DNA of 64,000 nt from Verrucomicrobiota bacterium (GCA_014584295.1 JACTNC010000058.1:148669-212668); one strand, 5' to 3'; positions 18,987-28,373 are shown, counted from the stretch's first letter. Made by a program: numbers and translations. Notes: generated by a model from the sequence alone, not told the origin.

Positions 18987-20411
18987 TCAGGTGAGGCCGG
19001 TGCGATTGATCAGGGTGTCGAGGAGATCGTCGATCACGGTGATCACACGCGACGACGCCTGGTAGGAACGTTGGTACTTCAGCAGATCCGCCATCTCCTC
19101 GTCCATCGAAACGCCGCTGACGGCATCGCGCTGGCCGCGCACCATCGTTTCAACATTCTGCTGATCGAGAAGCCTGGAGTTGGTGCTTGAAAGCTGCTGA
19201 CCAAGGCTTGTGACCGATCGCGCATAAAACTGGGTGAATGTCCCATCGATCGAGTCGCCACCCGAGACGGAGAAGGATTGACCGGCAAGGGCTGCCACGG
19301 CCGTCGCGATCGTGTTGTCCCCGGCGGCACCGCCATCCGATGCCTTGAGCGTCACGGCTGTCACTCCGGACGCCACTGCCATGCTTCCCGCGGTCGTGCC
19401 GCTCGCGAGAAAGAAGTCACCCGTTGAATTTGTCGGGTTGTAGGCCGCGTTGACAGAGGTGACGAGTTGGTTCGCCAGGGCGTCGATTTGGTCGCGCAGA
19501 TCCTGCACGGCGACGTCACGCACATCCCGCGCGCCCATGATTGATCCTCCGGTAAGAGCCACCGCTGTTGGCGTTGCACCCGCGGTGAGTGTCGATCCCG
19601 AAAAGGCGACCGTGCCGTAAACAACGGCCCGGTTGACCAATTGAATTTCTCCGCCCACGCCATCACTGGTGTACACCTCGATCTGGCCAGGTGAGTTCGT
19701 CGAGGGGCGCGTCTCAAAGGACATCTTGCCCGCGAGTTCCTCAAGAAGCGCCTGGCGCTTGTCCCGAAGATCCACTGCTGCATTGGGGTGGTTGATTTCC
19801 AAGCTGCCGATTTCTCCATTCAACTGGGCAATCGAGGCCAGGATCCTGTTCACCGATGCGACATCCTCGTTGATCTGGCTTGTGAGGTCGCCCTGAAGCT
19901 GCGCCAGCCGCTCATCCGTCACATTGAACCGATCGGCAAGGATGCCTGCTTTTTGGACGAGCGTCTGCCGTTCACCCATGTCCGTGGGGCTCGCTGCGAA
20001 GCTCTGGAAGGCATTGAAGAAGTCGGTGAGCGATTCGGAAATGCCGTAGCCACCACTTGAAGAATTGATCGAAGCGGAGTCCTGGGCGCGATTGATCGTT
20101 TGTCCAAGAGCCGCCTGGGCCCTCTCGTAGCCGGACTGCTGCGCCTTGAGCAGGGCCGTATTGGAGACCTCGCGCACCGTCTGCTGATCAAGCAGGCTGT
20201 CACGAAGATGCTCGAGGTAGCGGGCCTCCATGCCGAGAGACTGCGGACCCATCGGTGTCATCACGGTCCCACGGTCCCCCATGACGACGCGCTGGCGCGC
20301 ATAGGTGGGGTTGTTGGCATTGGCGAGATTCCGACCCGCGGTATCGATCGCGCGCGAGTGGGCATTGAGGGCTTTGACGCTGACCGACAGGCTGCCAAGG
20401 AGTCCGGACAT
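18987..20411 (-). CDS. flgK: flagellar hook-associated protein 1
   Basis: N-terminus LNAHSRAIDTAGRNLANANNPTYARQ and C-terminus MDEEMADLLKYQRSYQASSRVITVIDDLLDTLIN. Confidence 0.9.
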   Translation of the reverse strand: MSGLLGSLSVSVKALNAHSRAIDTAGRNLANANNPTYARQRVVMGDRGTVMTPMGPQSLGMEARYLEHLRDSLLDQQTVREVSNTALLKAQQSGYERAQAALGQTINRAQDSASINSSSGGYGISESLTDFFNAFQSFAASPTDMGERQTLVQKAGILADRFNVTDERLAQLQGDLTSQINEDVASVNRILASIAQLNGEIGSLEINHPNAAVDLRDKRQALLEELAGKMSFETRPSTNSPGQIEVYTSDGVGGEIQLVNRAVVYGTVAFSGSTLTAGATPTAVALTGGSIMGARDVRDVAVQDLRDQIDALANQLVTSVNAAYNPTNSTGDFFLASGTTAGSMAVASGVTAVTLKASDGGAAGDNTIATAVAALAGQSFSVSGGDSIDGTFTQFYARSVTSLGQQLSSTNSRLLDQQNVETMVRGQRDAVSGVSMDEEMADLLKYQRSYQASSRVITVIDDLLDTLINRTGLT

Positions 20412-20485
20412 GGGAAGGATGGAAAAATAGTTAGCTCGTCGTGCGCACGAATCCGCTGGTGAGGATCAACCCGGTTTCAGCGGAT

Positions 20486-20977
20486 CTAGCCGGCGGCCTG
20501 CCATGCGGCATCGCCGGTCGATACGCTGACTTCTCCGCGCGGGGAGTAGGTTTTGACGAAGGTGGCAGGCCGCAACGCCGAAAGCATCTGCTGCCGCATC
20601 TCGACAGCGCGACCGAGCAGCAACTGATTCTGACGCGCTCCGCGGCGGACCCGGTGGATCAGGTGATTGATTTCATCGGCAAGGGCATCCAGCATCGGTT
20701 GGACCTCGGCCGGGAAGAGGGGAAGCAGTTCGCGGAGCGGTGTGTCCGCGGGATAACCGCAGCTTTCAGCAATCTCGCGCACAGCCATTTCGCGCTTGAG
20801 ACGTTGCTCCGCGGTGGAGCGCGCCTGCGTTTCGATGGTGCCTGCGAGTTCAAGAACGGCGTCGGGATTACGACGAAGCAACTGGGCCTGCTGCTCCTCG
20901 AAAAGAGCCAGCAGTCCGCCATACCCCTGCAGTTCATTCCGCAGGTGCTCCGCGATGGGTAGCCATGAGTGGGTCAT
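20486..20977 (-). CDS. flgN: FlgN-like flagellar export chaperone
   Basis: 163-aa helical protein with LLALFEEQQAQLLRRNPDAVLEL, resembling the FlgN family. Sits immediately upstream of flgK. Confidence 0.55.
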   Translation of the reverse strand: MTHSWLPIAEHLRNELQGYGGLLALFEEQQAQLLRRNPDAVLELAGTIETQARSTAEQRLKREMAVREIAESCGYPADTPLRELLPLFPAEVQPMLDALADEINHLIHRVRRGARQNQLLLGRAVEMRQQMLSALRPATFVKTYSPRGEVSVSTGDAAWQAAG

Positions 20978-20989
20978 AGAGAAGAAGGT

Positions 20990-21406
20990 TTAGAAATTGG
21001 ATTCCGAGGAGGCAGCACGCGCAGCAGGTGCCTCGGATTGAGGTGATACCTCCACAGTGGGCGTACCGCGTGGAGTGAGTTGACGCGTCAGCATTTTCGA
21101 GAGACCGAGTCCACCGCCCTTGCTGAGCGAATCCGCCAGCACATCGGTGAGCATGTAGCCATAGACCCCGCCGCCGCCAGCACCCGCGCCTCCGAGCCCG
21201 CCGCTCATGAGGGGTTCAATCGTGGGGGCGAGCAATTGACGCAGGATGATCGCCTCAAACTGCGAGGCGGCACGTTTGATTTCAGACGGAGATGCCGCAC
21301 CGGAAGCTTTGGCTTTGGCGGCAATATCGGGAGACACTGCTTTCGCTGCATCAAGAGCCTTGTTCCAGATGCCGGAGGTCGTTGAAGGGACCGCTGAAAC
21401 GTTCAT
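20990..21406 (-). CDS. rod-binding protein (FlgJ N-terminal-domain-only, no muramidase domain)
   Basis: Rod-binding motif ASQFEAIILRQLLAP and a Gly-rich middle region. Canonical position after flgI. Confidence 0.65.
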   Translation of the reverse strand: MNVSAVPSTTSGIWNKALDAAKAVSPDIAAKAKASGAASPSEIKRAASQFEAIILRQLLAPTIEPLMSGGLGGAGAGGGGVYGYMLTDVLADSLSKGGGLGLSKMLTRQLTPRGTPTVEVSPQSEAPAARAASSESNF

Positions 21407-21428
21407 GGTGGAAGGGGCTTCGAAGTGG

Positions 21429-22604
21429 TCAGTTGATCACGAGTTCGGCCTGCAAAGCGCCCGACCGCTTGAGGGTTTGAAAAATCGCCATCATCTCGCG
21501 CGTGGAAACTCCCAGGGCATTCAGCGCGGAAGCGAGCCGCTCGATTGACGGCGCCTCGTTCACCACACTGAAACTCCCCTTGTGTTCCTCCACATCCGTC
21601 TGCGTGCTCGGCACAACCGTCGTCTGTCCGGAGTTGTTGAACGAGTTTGGCTGGGAAACACCGACATTGGACGCGACGGTGATCGTCAGGGATCCAAGGC
21701 TGATTGCGACCTGCGAGAGGCGCACCGTGGAAGTCGCCACAATCGTGCCGGTGCGCTCGTTGATTACGACACGCGCCAGGGTGTCGGGAATCACTTCAAT
21801 CTGCCCGAGATCCGCCAGAAAAGCGACTTCACGTCCGCGGTAGGATTCAGGCAACTGGACAGTCACGCTCGCCGCATCGGCCGCGGAGGCGGCGCCACGG
21901 AAGACATCATTGATCGCATCGGCCATCCGCGCCGCGGAGGTAAAATCGGGATTGTGCAGCTGCAGCGATATGGATCCGTCCGTGACAAACTTTGCGGGGA
22001 TTTCACGCTCAACGATTGCTCCGTTGCTGATGAGGCCGACCGTGGGATGATTCTTTTGGACGGTTGCGCCACCCGCACCTCCTGTCCCGCCGAGGAAGCC
22101 CCCAACGGCCACCGCACCCTGGGCGACGGCGTAGACACGTCCGTCCGCACCGAGCAGCGGTGTCTGCAGAAGCACGCCGCCCTGAAGCGTCTTGGCGTCG
22201 CCCATCGAGGCAACAGTGACGTCGATGCGCGATCCATTCTTCAGGAACGCTCCGATGTCAGCGGTCACCATGACTGCGGCAACGTTCTTTGCCTTGATTT
22301 GATTGGAATCGACCGTGATCCCAAAACGCTGCAGCGAATTGCCCACCGCTTTGAGTGTGCCCTGGGAATTGGAATCACCGTCTCCCGCGAGACCCACCAC
22401 CAGGCCGTAGCCGACCAGTTGGTTCTCACGGCCGCCGCCCACGAGCGTCAGGTCCTTGACGCGCGAGGCGCTCAGCGGCGCTGCTGCCAAAAAGAACATC
22501 AGTATCGTCAGACCGCCAAACGGCACTCCAACCCTGGAGGGGCACGCTTCGTCGTGCCCTGCCTTGCGTGATCCGGTATCCCGCGAAAAGATTCTGCGGG
22601 CCAT
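21429..22604 (-). CDS. flgI: flagellar P-ring protein
   Basis: RVKDLTLVGGGRENQLVGYGLVVGLAGDGD and the C-terminus ..MMAIFQTLKRSGALQAELVI are typical FlgI. The start is uncertain (ATGs at 22697, 22613 and 22604; GTG at 22526) because a 114-bp repeat lies in frame in the 5' region. Confidence 0.9.
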   Translation of the reverse strand: MARRIFSRDTGSRKAGHDEACPSRVGVPFGGLTILMFFLAAAPLSASRVKDLTLVGGGRENQLVGYGLVVGLAGDGDSNSQGTLKAVGNSLQRFGITVDSNQIKAKNVAAVMVTADIGAFLKNGSRIDVTVASMGDAKTLQGGVLLQTPLLGADGRVYAVAQGAVAVGGFLGGTGGAGGATVQKNHPTVGLISNGAIVEREIPAKFVTDGSISLQLHNPDFTSAARMADAINDVFRGAASAADAASVTVQLPESYRGREVAFLADLGQIEVIPDTLARVVINERTGTIVATSTVRLSQVAISLGSLTITVASNVGVSQPNSFNNSGQTTVVPSTQTDVEEHKGSFSVVNEAPSIERLASALNALGVSTREMMAIFQTLKRSGALQAELVIN

Positions 22605-22649
22605 TTTGATCATCGGACACCAGAAGGGCACGACGAAGCGTGCCCCTCC
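22536..22649. repeat. REPIN-like doublet A (two inverted 24-nt units, 66-nt spacer)
   Basis: GGAGGGGCACGCTTCGTCGTGCCC (22536-22559) and its exact reverse complement GGGCACGACGAAGCGTGCCCCTCC (22626-22649). Each unit is itself a hairpin (GGGCACG / CGTGCCC). Confidence 0.85.
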
Positions 22650-22707
22650 AAAGGTATGCGCAAGATGACGGAATAACGGGAAAGTCAGGAGCGACATGGA
22701 AATGGTC

Positions 22708-23325
22708 TCAATAGGGACGGAGTTTCTCGTAGAGCTTTGCCAGCCAGCCCTTTTTCTGCGCGTCGGTCAGGCTCCCCTCGTTGATGAACTCCACCTTGGC
22801 ATCGGCGATGTTGCTGGAAAATACGGTGTTCCCGCTGGAGACGTCATCCGCGCGAATGACGCCATGAAGAACCACGTGCTGGGTCTCCCCGGCTGACACA
22901 ACCCTCCGCACGCCCTGGATGACAAGGTTTCCATTCGGAAGGACATCGGTCACCATGACCGCAGCCCGCGCATTGAGGCTCTGAGTGTTATTCACTTCAC
23001 CACCTCCATTGAAGTCGTTTGATCCGCCCAGTTTGATCGCCGGAAGCGCTCCCTTGTGCGTGCCGAAACGGCTGATGCCAGCTGGGAACAGGAATTGCTC
23101 GACACCCGCATCCACATTCGCCGCGGAGTTCGTCTTCTTGCTCTGCGAAGACTGCGTGGCAGCAGATTCCTGAACAATGACGGTGAGAATATCACCCACG
23201 CGGGAGGCCTTGCGGTCCGAGTACATCGACCGCTCCCCGCTGCCGGGAGCCGTCCAGAGTGAGTCGGCCGAGGCCGTCAGAGCGATGACGGAGAAGAGAC
23301 CGAGGTGAATGAGTAAACGTGGCAT
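22708..23325 (-). CDS. flgH: flagellar L-ring protein
   Basis: SLWT...SMYSDRKASRVGDILTVIVQE and ..NGNLVIQG..V.. are FlgH family patterns. Has a signal/lipoprotein-like N-terminus. Confidence 0.9.
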   Translation of the reverse strand: MPRLLIHLGLFSVIALTASADSLWTAPGSGERSMYSDRKASRVGDILTVIVQESAATQSSQSKKTNSAANVDAGVEQFLFPAGISRFGTHKGALPAIKLGGSNDFNGGGEVNNTQSLNARAAVMVTDVLPNGNLVIQGVRRVVSAGETQHVVLHGVIRADDVSSGNTVFSSNIADAKVEFINEGSLTDAQKKGWLAKLYEKLRPY

Positions 23326-23334
23326 GGGAAGATC

Positions 23335-24087
23335 CTAAAAGTTCACCTGGGCACGATTCTCACCGACAACCAAGGCGGCGAATTCGCGTCGCGATTCGAT
23401 ATTACGGACACGGACGGTCTCGCCCTTTCCGCCATCCTGCATGGCAAGCGCCTTCATATTGATCTGCAGGAATCCGTCGAGCGCACTCACATCGATCACC
23501 TGGCCCTTGCGCACCAGGGCACGCCGGGAGAGGTCGCGCCAGGTCAGCAACCGGCCTGCCGGGACGGGGCGCAGATAGGACCAGTCGGTGGAGTTGATGA
23601 ACGACGCAGGGATGGCATCGCGCTCACGCAATGCATCAATGCGGCGGACATCGCACACGGCTGGATCAAAGAAATCGCCGCGATCGGCGGGAGTCTGGGC
23701 GACCCAGGCATCGCGCCAAAGCTGTGCGCGGCAGAGCACGGATTCCTCGCGCGGCAGTTGCGATCCCTCCGTGACACGCACACGAAGCAGCAGGGTTGAT
23801 GAAAGGGCTGCTGGAAATTCGATCAATCTGGCCGTCACGCCAGCATTCGCGTCGCCAGGCTTGGTCGTTACGGGCTGCCAGGGCCGGGCAAGTTCAAGCT
23901 GAAGCTCGCCCTCGGCGTTGAAGTGAGTTGTGAGCTCTTGCGCAAGCGAAGTCAGTAGTCCTGTGCGAAGCTCGGCGATCGGATCGGCGACGTTTTCGCT
24001 CTGCACCTGCGCACACGCGTCACTCGAAGCGAGTACCACACCAGCGGTCAGCAGAATGCAGCGGAAAAAGTGAGCGGGGAGTATCAT
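23335..24087 (-). CDS. flgA: flagellar P-ring assembly chaperone FlgA
   Basis: C-terminal SAF/FlgA pattern VRKGQVIDV...INMKALAMQDGGKGETVRVRN. ATG at 24085-24087 gives a signal peptide MILPAHFFRCILLTAGVVLASSDACA. The longer ORF runs into a repeat unit. Confidence 0.7.
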   Translation of the reverse strand: MILPAHFFRCILLTAGVVLASSDACAQVQSENVADPIAELRTGLLTSLAQELTTHFNAEGELQLELARPWQPVTTKPGDANAGVTARLIEFPAALSSTLLLRVRVTEGSQLPREESVLCRAQLWRDAWVAQTPADRGDFFDPAVCDVRRIDALRERDAIPASFINSTDWSYLRPVPAGRLLTWRDLSRRALVRKGQVIDVSALDGFLQINMKALAMQDGGKGETVRVRNIESRREFAALVVGENRAQVNF

Positions 24088-24121
24088 GAAATTTCGTGGG
24101 GAAGTGAGGGTGCCAACTGCA

Positions 24122-24144
24122 GTCACGACGAAGCGTGCCCCTCC
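24122..24144. repeat. solo REP-like unit
   Basis: GTCACGACGAAGCGTGCCCCTCC, between flgG and flgA. Confidence 0.8.
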
Positions 24145-24196
24145 ATTGTGCTGGGCAGGTTGTCTGGAACTCTACTTGCAGAGTGACTCATGATCA

Positions 24197-24979
24197 TCAG
24201 CGCTTCATCTGGGCGACGCTCTGGAGCATCTCGTCCGAGGTTTGGATGGACTTGCTGTTGATCTCGTAGGCGCGCTGGGCAACGATGAGGTTCACCATCT
24301 CCTCGACGATGTTGACGTTCGACATCTCGATGTACCCCTGAAGCACGTGGCCGAATCCCTGCTCGCCCGGCTGCCCCGTCTCAGGCGTACCACTCGCGCT
24401 TGTCTCCTCGAACAGATTGCCTCCGAGGCTGCGCAGCCCTGAGGGATTCGCGAACCGCGTCAGGGTGACGCGAAATGTCTGGCTCCCGGTGGCGCTTTGC
24501 ACGGTCACTTCGCCGCTCTCCGAAATGTTCACGGAAGTCGCGCCCGGAGGAATCGGCTGGAAGCCGCTGAGGATCGGCAGACCATCGTTGTTCGTAACCT
24601 GACCTGTGGGGGAGAGCTTGAATGATCCATCGCGGGTGTAGGCGATGGTCCCATCGGGACGCTGTACCTCGAAAAATCCATCGCCCTGGATCGCGACATC
24701 CAGTTTTTCACCGGTCGCGTTCACCTGTCCCTGCGTGAAGACCTTGGCCGTGGCTGCGACGCGTGAGCCGTTGCCGACCTCGACTCCTGTCGGCACAAGA
24801 TTGCCGCCGCCGGTCTCGGTGCCGACTCCTCGCGGGCGCTGGTAGAGCAGGTCCTGAAACTCGATCTTGCTGCGCTTGAAGCCGGGGGTGTTCACGTTCG
24901 CGAGGTTGTTCGCGATCGTATTGAGGTTGAGCTGCTGGGCCTCCATGCCGGTGGCGGCGCTGTAGAGTGAGAGGTTCAT
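24197..24979 (-). CDS. flgG: flagellar distal rod protein
   Basis: MNLSLYSAATGMEAQQLNLNTIANNLANVNTPGFK and the C-terminus GYIEMSNVNIVEEMVNLIVAQRAYEINSK. Confidence 0.9.
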   Translation of the reverse strand: MNLSLYSAATGMEAQQLNLNTIANNLANVNTPGFKRSKIEFQDLLYQRPRGVGTETGGGNLVPTGVEVGNGSRVAATAKVFTQGQVNATGEKLDVAIQGDGFFEVQRPDGTIAYTRDGSFKLSPTGQVTNNDGLPILSGFQPIPPGATSVNISESGEVTVQSATGSQTFRVTLTRFANPSGLRSLGGNLFEETSASGTPETGQPGEQGFGHVLQGYIEMSNVNIVEEMVNLIVAQRAYEINSKSIQTSDEMLQSVAQMKR

Positions 24980-25038
24980 GACGGATGTTCAGTTCGGGTG
25001 CAGGAGGTTGTCCTTGAAATCTGGATATGCGGGTAGAA

Positions 25039-25782
25039 TCAGCCGAGGTTCTGAAGGGTCTTGGCCATGGCATCGTCGCGGGCCTGAATCAGCTTCTGGT
25101 TGGCCTCATAGGCGCGGGCGATATTGACAAGGTCCACCATCTCCCGGAGCGGCGCAGTGTTGGCCCCCTCGAGGTAGCCTTGAAGAATCTCGGGGTGCTC
25201 CACCGGCTGCGAAGCCTGACCGCCGCTGAGAAAGACACCGGCCGACATCGGACGAAGCTGTTGGTTGTCGGCAAATTTCACTACGCTCAGGCGGCCGAGT
25301 TGTGTGTTGTTCTGTACAATGGAGCCATCGGCGTTGATCACGACCGGGCCACCGCCAGGCAGCAATTGAATGGGGGTACCCGCATCGCTCAGGATCGGGA
25401 CATCCTGTGACGTGACCAGCGTGCGATCCGGGCGGATTCGAAGCTCGCCAGCACGCGTGTAGCCGCGCTGCCCATCCTCAAGCTGGACTTCGAAGAAACC
25501 TTCGCTCTGCAGGGCAACATCCAGTTCGCGCCGCGTCGGCTGTGTTTCGCCCATTGCAAAATTGATCCCATACGCCGCACGCGGGAAGTACATCGGCATC
25601 CCGCGATTGTCCCCGACCTTCCCATCCGACCTCGCAAGTTCACCCGCAGATACCGTTGAGAAATTGACCGTGCGCTTTTTGTACCCGGAGACTTGGTTCG
25701 ATGTGATGTTCTGGGTAACAGCGTCCTGCCAGCGTTCGAGGGCAGAAAGGGACGCCGCGCTTTGGTACATGCCTACATTCAT
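25039..25782 (-). CDS. flgF: flagellar proximal rod protein
   Basis: ATG at 25780-25782 gives MNVGMYQSAASLSALERW. C-terminus GYLEGANTAPLREMVDLVNIARAYEANQK. The track start (25791) is a GTG three codons upstream. Confidence 0.85.
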   Translation of the reverse strand: MNVGMYQSAASLSALERWQDAVTQNITSNQVSGYKKRTVNFSTVSAGELARSDGKVGDNRGMPMYFPRAAYGINFAMGETQPTRRELDVALQSEGFFEVQLEDGQRGYTRAGELRIRPDRTLVTSQDVPILSDAGTPIQLLPGGGPVVINADGSIVQNNTQLGRLSVVKFADNQQLRPMSAGVFLSGGQASQPVEHPEILQGYLEGANTAPLREMVDLVNIARAYEANQKLIQARDDAMAKTLQNLG

Positions 25783-25797
25783 GGGTGGCACCCAGTA

Positions 25798-25813
25798 AGC
25801 AGCAGGAGTGCCA
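25798..25813 (-). promoter_or_regulatory. sigma54-type promoter upstream of flgF
   Basis: The minus strand reads TGGCACTCCTGCTGCT. The -12 C (25799) is 17 nt from the flgF ATG (25782). Confidence 0.6.
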
Positions 25814-25887
25814 GAACCGTAACTTATTGCATGGCCGATTTTTGTAAAACATTCCTAGTATATCAAGGATCGGGAAATGCTGGGAAG

Positions 25888-25902
25888 CGGCAGGTTTTGC
25901 CG
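25888..25902. promoter_or_regulatory. palindromic upstream element, flgF
   Basis: CGGCAGGTTTTGCCG. Its centre is 83 bp upstream of the -24 GG of the flgF promoter. Confidence 0.55.
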
Positions 25903-25964
25903 GGGGCAACCCAATGGCAGGCGACATGCGCGGATTGGCACATAGTATCAATCTTCTCTCACCG

Positions 25965-26130
25965 GGAGGGGCACGCTTCGTCGTGACCTGTATTGGATCG
26001 ACGCGTAGGGGGTGCTTCGAGCTCCGACTTTGATTGCAGCGGACCAATCGATCTCGAATCGGATTTCGATCCTTGGGACCTGGAACGTGCCGCTACTTTT
26101 CGATCCGGGCACGACGAAGCGTGCCCCTCC
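25965..26130. repeat. 166-bp MITE/REPIN-like element B
   Basis: Terminal inverted units at 25965-25988 and 26107-26130. The structured interior (..GACCAATCGATCTCGAATCGGATTTCGATCC..GGGACCTGGAACGTGCC..) is shared with element C. Confidence 0.85.
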
Positions 26131-26198
26131 AGGTCGCGATCAGAACCAACCACCCATCCTCAAACCCGGGTATACTTCGATCCCGTCCTGCCAATCGG

Positions 26199-26453
26199 TC
26201 AGCCTGCGGCTGGATAGAGGCACTCCACTTCGATCTTTTCACCGCAGGTGCACGTGATGAGCAGGCGCACCACCTTGTCCCCTTGCTTGATGCACTCGAT
26301 ATTGGGACCGTGCTTGTGGTCGGACCCGGATGACTTCAAGCCGGGCTGCGAGGCGAGAGAAGGTATTCCGGCAAGGCCGGTATCGGTTCCCTCTACAGTT
26401 GGGCGAAGCGCGGGCGTGCCGCTCGAAGGTCTTCCGCTGAGAAAGGGTTTCAT
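26199..26453 (-). CDS. hypothetical 84-aa protein translationally coupled to motB
   Basis: ATG at 26451-26453 overlaps the motB TGA (26450-26452) as ATGA. Cys-containing C-terminus IECIKQGDKVVRLLITCTCGEKIEVEC. No family recognised. Confidence 0.45.
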   Translation of the reverse strand: MKPFLSGRPSSGTPALRPTVEGTDTGLAGIPSLASQPGLKSSGSDHKHGPNIECIKQGDKVVRLLITCTCGEKIEVECLYPAAG

Positions 26454-27232
26454 GGAGTGAGAGTCGCTACGGGCTGCGCTTGCGGGCGGTTTTCACGTTT
26501 CAACACGGAAAGGCTGATCGTGACACGCTGGTTTGTTTCAGATTCCGGCGGCTCCAGAGGCATCGGCCGGGTGTCTGAAAACCCGGTTACCCGCGCTATC
26601 AATCCCGGGTCAACCGCGTAATAGGTCAGGCTGCGCCGCGCGGCGTTTGCCCGGTCCGCCGACAGTTCCCACGCCGTGTAATCCGGCTTCTTGAGTTCGA
26701 GCCCCTTGCGCGTGTGCCCTTCAATCACCACGGAAAATTTGTGCCGGTCGATCATCCACGCGAGGTTCTGCATGATGAACCGGCCCCACTCCGTGAACTC
26801 GGCGGTATTCTCGACGAAGAGCGGTTTGCGCGCACGATCGAAAAGCGAGATGCGCAGCCCGTCACTTGTCACCTGGATGTCAATGGGCTTGTCCTTCAAA
26901 TCCTGATCCATGTGGAGCAGCCGATAGAAGTCCTTGGCGAGTGAGTTGAGAAACTGGAGATCGACCGTGCGCGGGTCTGTCTGAGGTTCGCCACCCTTGG
27001 TGGCATCATCCGTTTTCCCCGAACTCGATTCGGACTTTGTCGCTGTCTTGCCGTCGAGATTGAGGACACCTGCGCTCGCAGTGAGCGGCGACTTGAACGG
27101 CTGCTGGAAATAGCGGGAGGTGGCCACAAGCACCTCCTTGTCCTGGGAGCAGATCCACAGCACCATAAACAAGGCCATCATCGCGGTGACGAAGTCCGCA
27201 TAGGCCACTTTCCATGCACCTCCTTTTGCCAT
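26450..27232 (-). CDS. motB: flagellar motor stator protein MotB (OmpA-like)
   Basis: N-terminus GAWKVAYADFVTAMMALFMVLW (plug/TM with conserved Asp) and an OmpA-like C-terminus VIEGHTR...SADRANAARRSL. Confidence 0.85.
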   Translation of the reverse strand: MAKGGAWKVAYADFVTAMMALFMVLWICSQDKEVLVATSRYFQQPFKSPLTASAGVLNLDGKTATKSESSSGKTDDATKGGEPQTDPRTVDLQFLNSLAKDFYRLLHMDQDLKDKPIDIQVTSDGLRISLFDRARKPLFVENTAEFTEWGRFIMQNLAWMIDRHKFSVVIEGHTRKGLELKKPDYTAWELSADRANAARRSLTYYAVDPGLIARVTGFSDTRPMPLEPPESETNQRVTISLSVLKRENRPQAQPVATLTP

Positions 27233-27258
27233 GATCGTATGGGTGATAGGCCTGCCAA

Positions 27259-28122
27259 CTACCGGCCTGCAGGCATTCCCTTGAGTGTGGTTTCCATTTC
27301 CTCGCCGCCAGGCTGGACAGAGCTGTCAAGCGAACGCCGGGCGATCTCGACCGCGGTGAGCGGCGCCAGCCCCTTCGCAAAACTTGAGACGGCCACAAGA
27401 ATGCAGCGCAGGTACTGACCGTCGCTCTGATTCATGAACCGGATGCGGTTCGAGAGCGGCAGCACAAAACCATATGCCACAAAAATTCCTAACAGCGTGC
27501 CAGTGAGCGCAGCGGCAACCTTTTCACCCACGGCCTCGGGTCCGTCGGCAATCGCGCTCATCGTGTTGATGATGCCCAGCACCGCTGCGACAATTCCGAT
27601 CGCGGGGAGGGAGTCGCCGACCATCTGGAGTACGTGCACAGGATGATCGCTCTCCTCGGCCTTGGCGTTCATTTCCGCCGACATGAGCTCCTCGAGCTGG
27701 TCGGGTTTGATCTTACCGTCGATCACCGGCTTGATTCCATTGACCAGAAATTCCATGCGCTCCTTGTTTGCGGTGATGGAGGGATACTTTTTGAATATCG
27801 CACTTTGTGACGGATTCATCACGTGCTCCTCCAATGCAATGAGGCCGTTCCGGCGGCCAACCATGAAGATCTCGTAAAGCATCTTCAGAAGATCGAAGTA
27901 CTCCGTCTTGCCCACACCCTTACCGAAGGCGGCAAGTTTGATCTTGTGGATCATCTCCTTGATGACATTGGCCGGACTCGCAATCACAAGCACACCCATG
28001 CCAACCCCGAGAATCACAACGAACTCCGATACATGCAGCAGCACCAGCGGATTGCCGCCCGCAAGCATGAAACCGCCCAGTGTCGAGGCGACAACGATGA
28101 AACTGCCGATTAAAATGAGCAT
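27259..28122 (-). CDS. motA: flagellar motor stator protein MotA
   Basis: Four-TM MotA/TolQ/ExbB pattern, with C-terminal LPAIGIVAAVLGIINTM...ALTGTLLGIFVAYG. ATG at 28120-28122. Confidence 0.9.
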   Translation of the reverse strand: MLILIGSFIVVASTLGGFMLAGGNPLVLLHVSEFVVILGVGMGVLVIASPANVIKEMIHKIKLAAFGKGVGKTEYFDLLKMLYEIFMVGRRNGLIALEEHVMNPSQSAIFKKYPSITANKERMEFLVNGIKPVIDGKIKPDQLEELMSAEMNAKAEESDHPVHVLQMVGDSLPAIGIVAAVLGIINTMSAIADGPEAVGEKVAAALTGTLLGIFVAYGFVLPLSNRIRFMNQSDGQYLRCILVAVSSFAKGLAPLTAVEIARRSLDSSVQPGGEEMETTLKGMPAGR

Positions 28123-28136
28123 GTATCTGGGTGAGG

Positions 28137-28164
28137 TTAACGGCCCGATGGGGAGGACTCTTTA
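28137..28164 (-). promoter_or_regulatory. sigma28 (FliA)-type promoter upstream of motA
   Basis: The minus strand reads TAAA-GAGTCCTCCCCATCGG-GCCGTTAA (TAAA-N16-GCCGTTAA against the consensus TAAA-N15-GCCGATAA). The -10 ends 14 nt before the motA ATG (28122). Confidence 0.6.
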
Positions 28165-28373
28165 GTGAGGCATGGGAATCACCCCTCGAAACGCGGATTT
28201 CGTTCCCTCGGAAGAAGGCAAAAAAAGTCCTCAAGTTTTCGGAGTATCGTTCCCAAACACCCCAGGACATTCCCCAACTCCGGCAAGCCCCGCAACCAAG
28301 GCTACCGCATCAATCGCAGACCAAAGGCCATGCAGGCGCCTTCCTTCCGCGGGATCCCATCGGATCCACGCGC

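Noticed and set aside
24110-24115. GTGCCA (TGGCAC on the minus strand) upstream of flgA as a sixth sigma54 promoter.
   Set aside because: No GC dinucleotide is present at the -12 position (the minus strand reads TGGCAC-CCTCA-CTTC), and there is no upstream palindrome.
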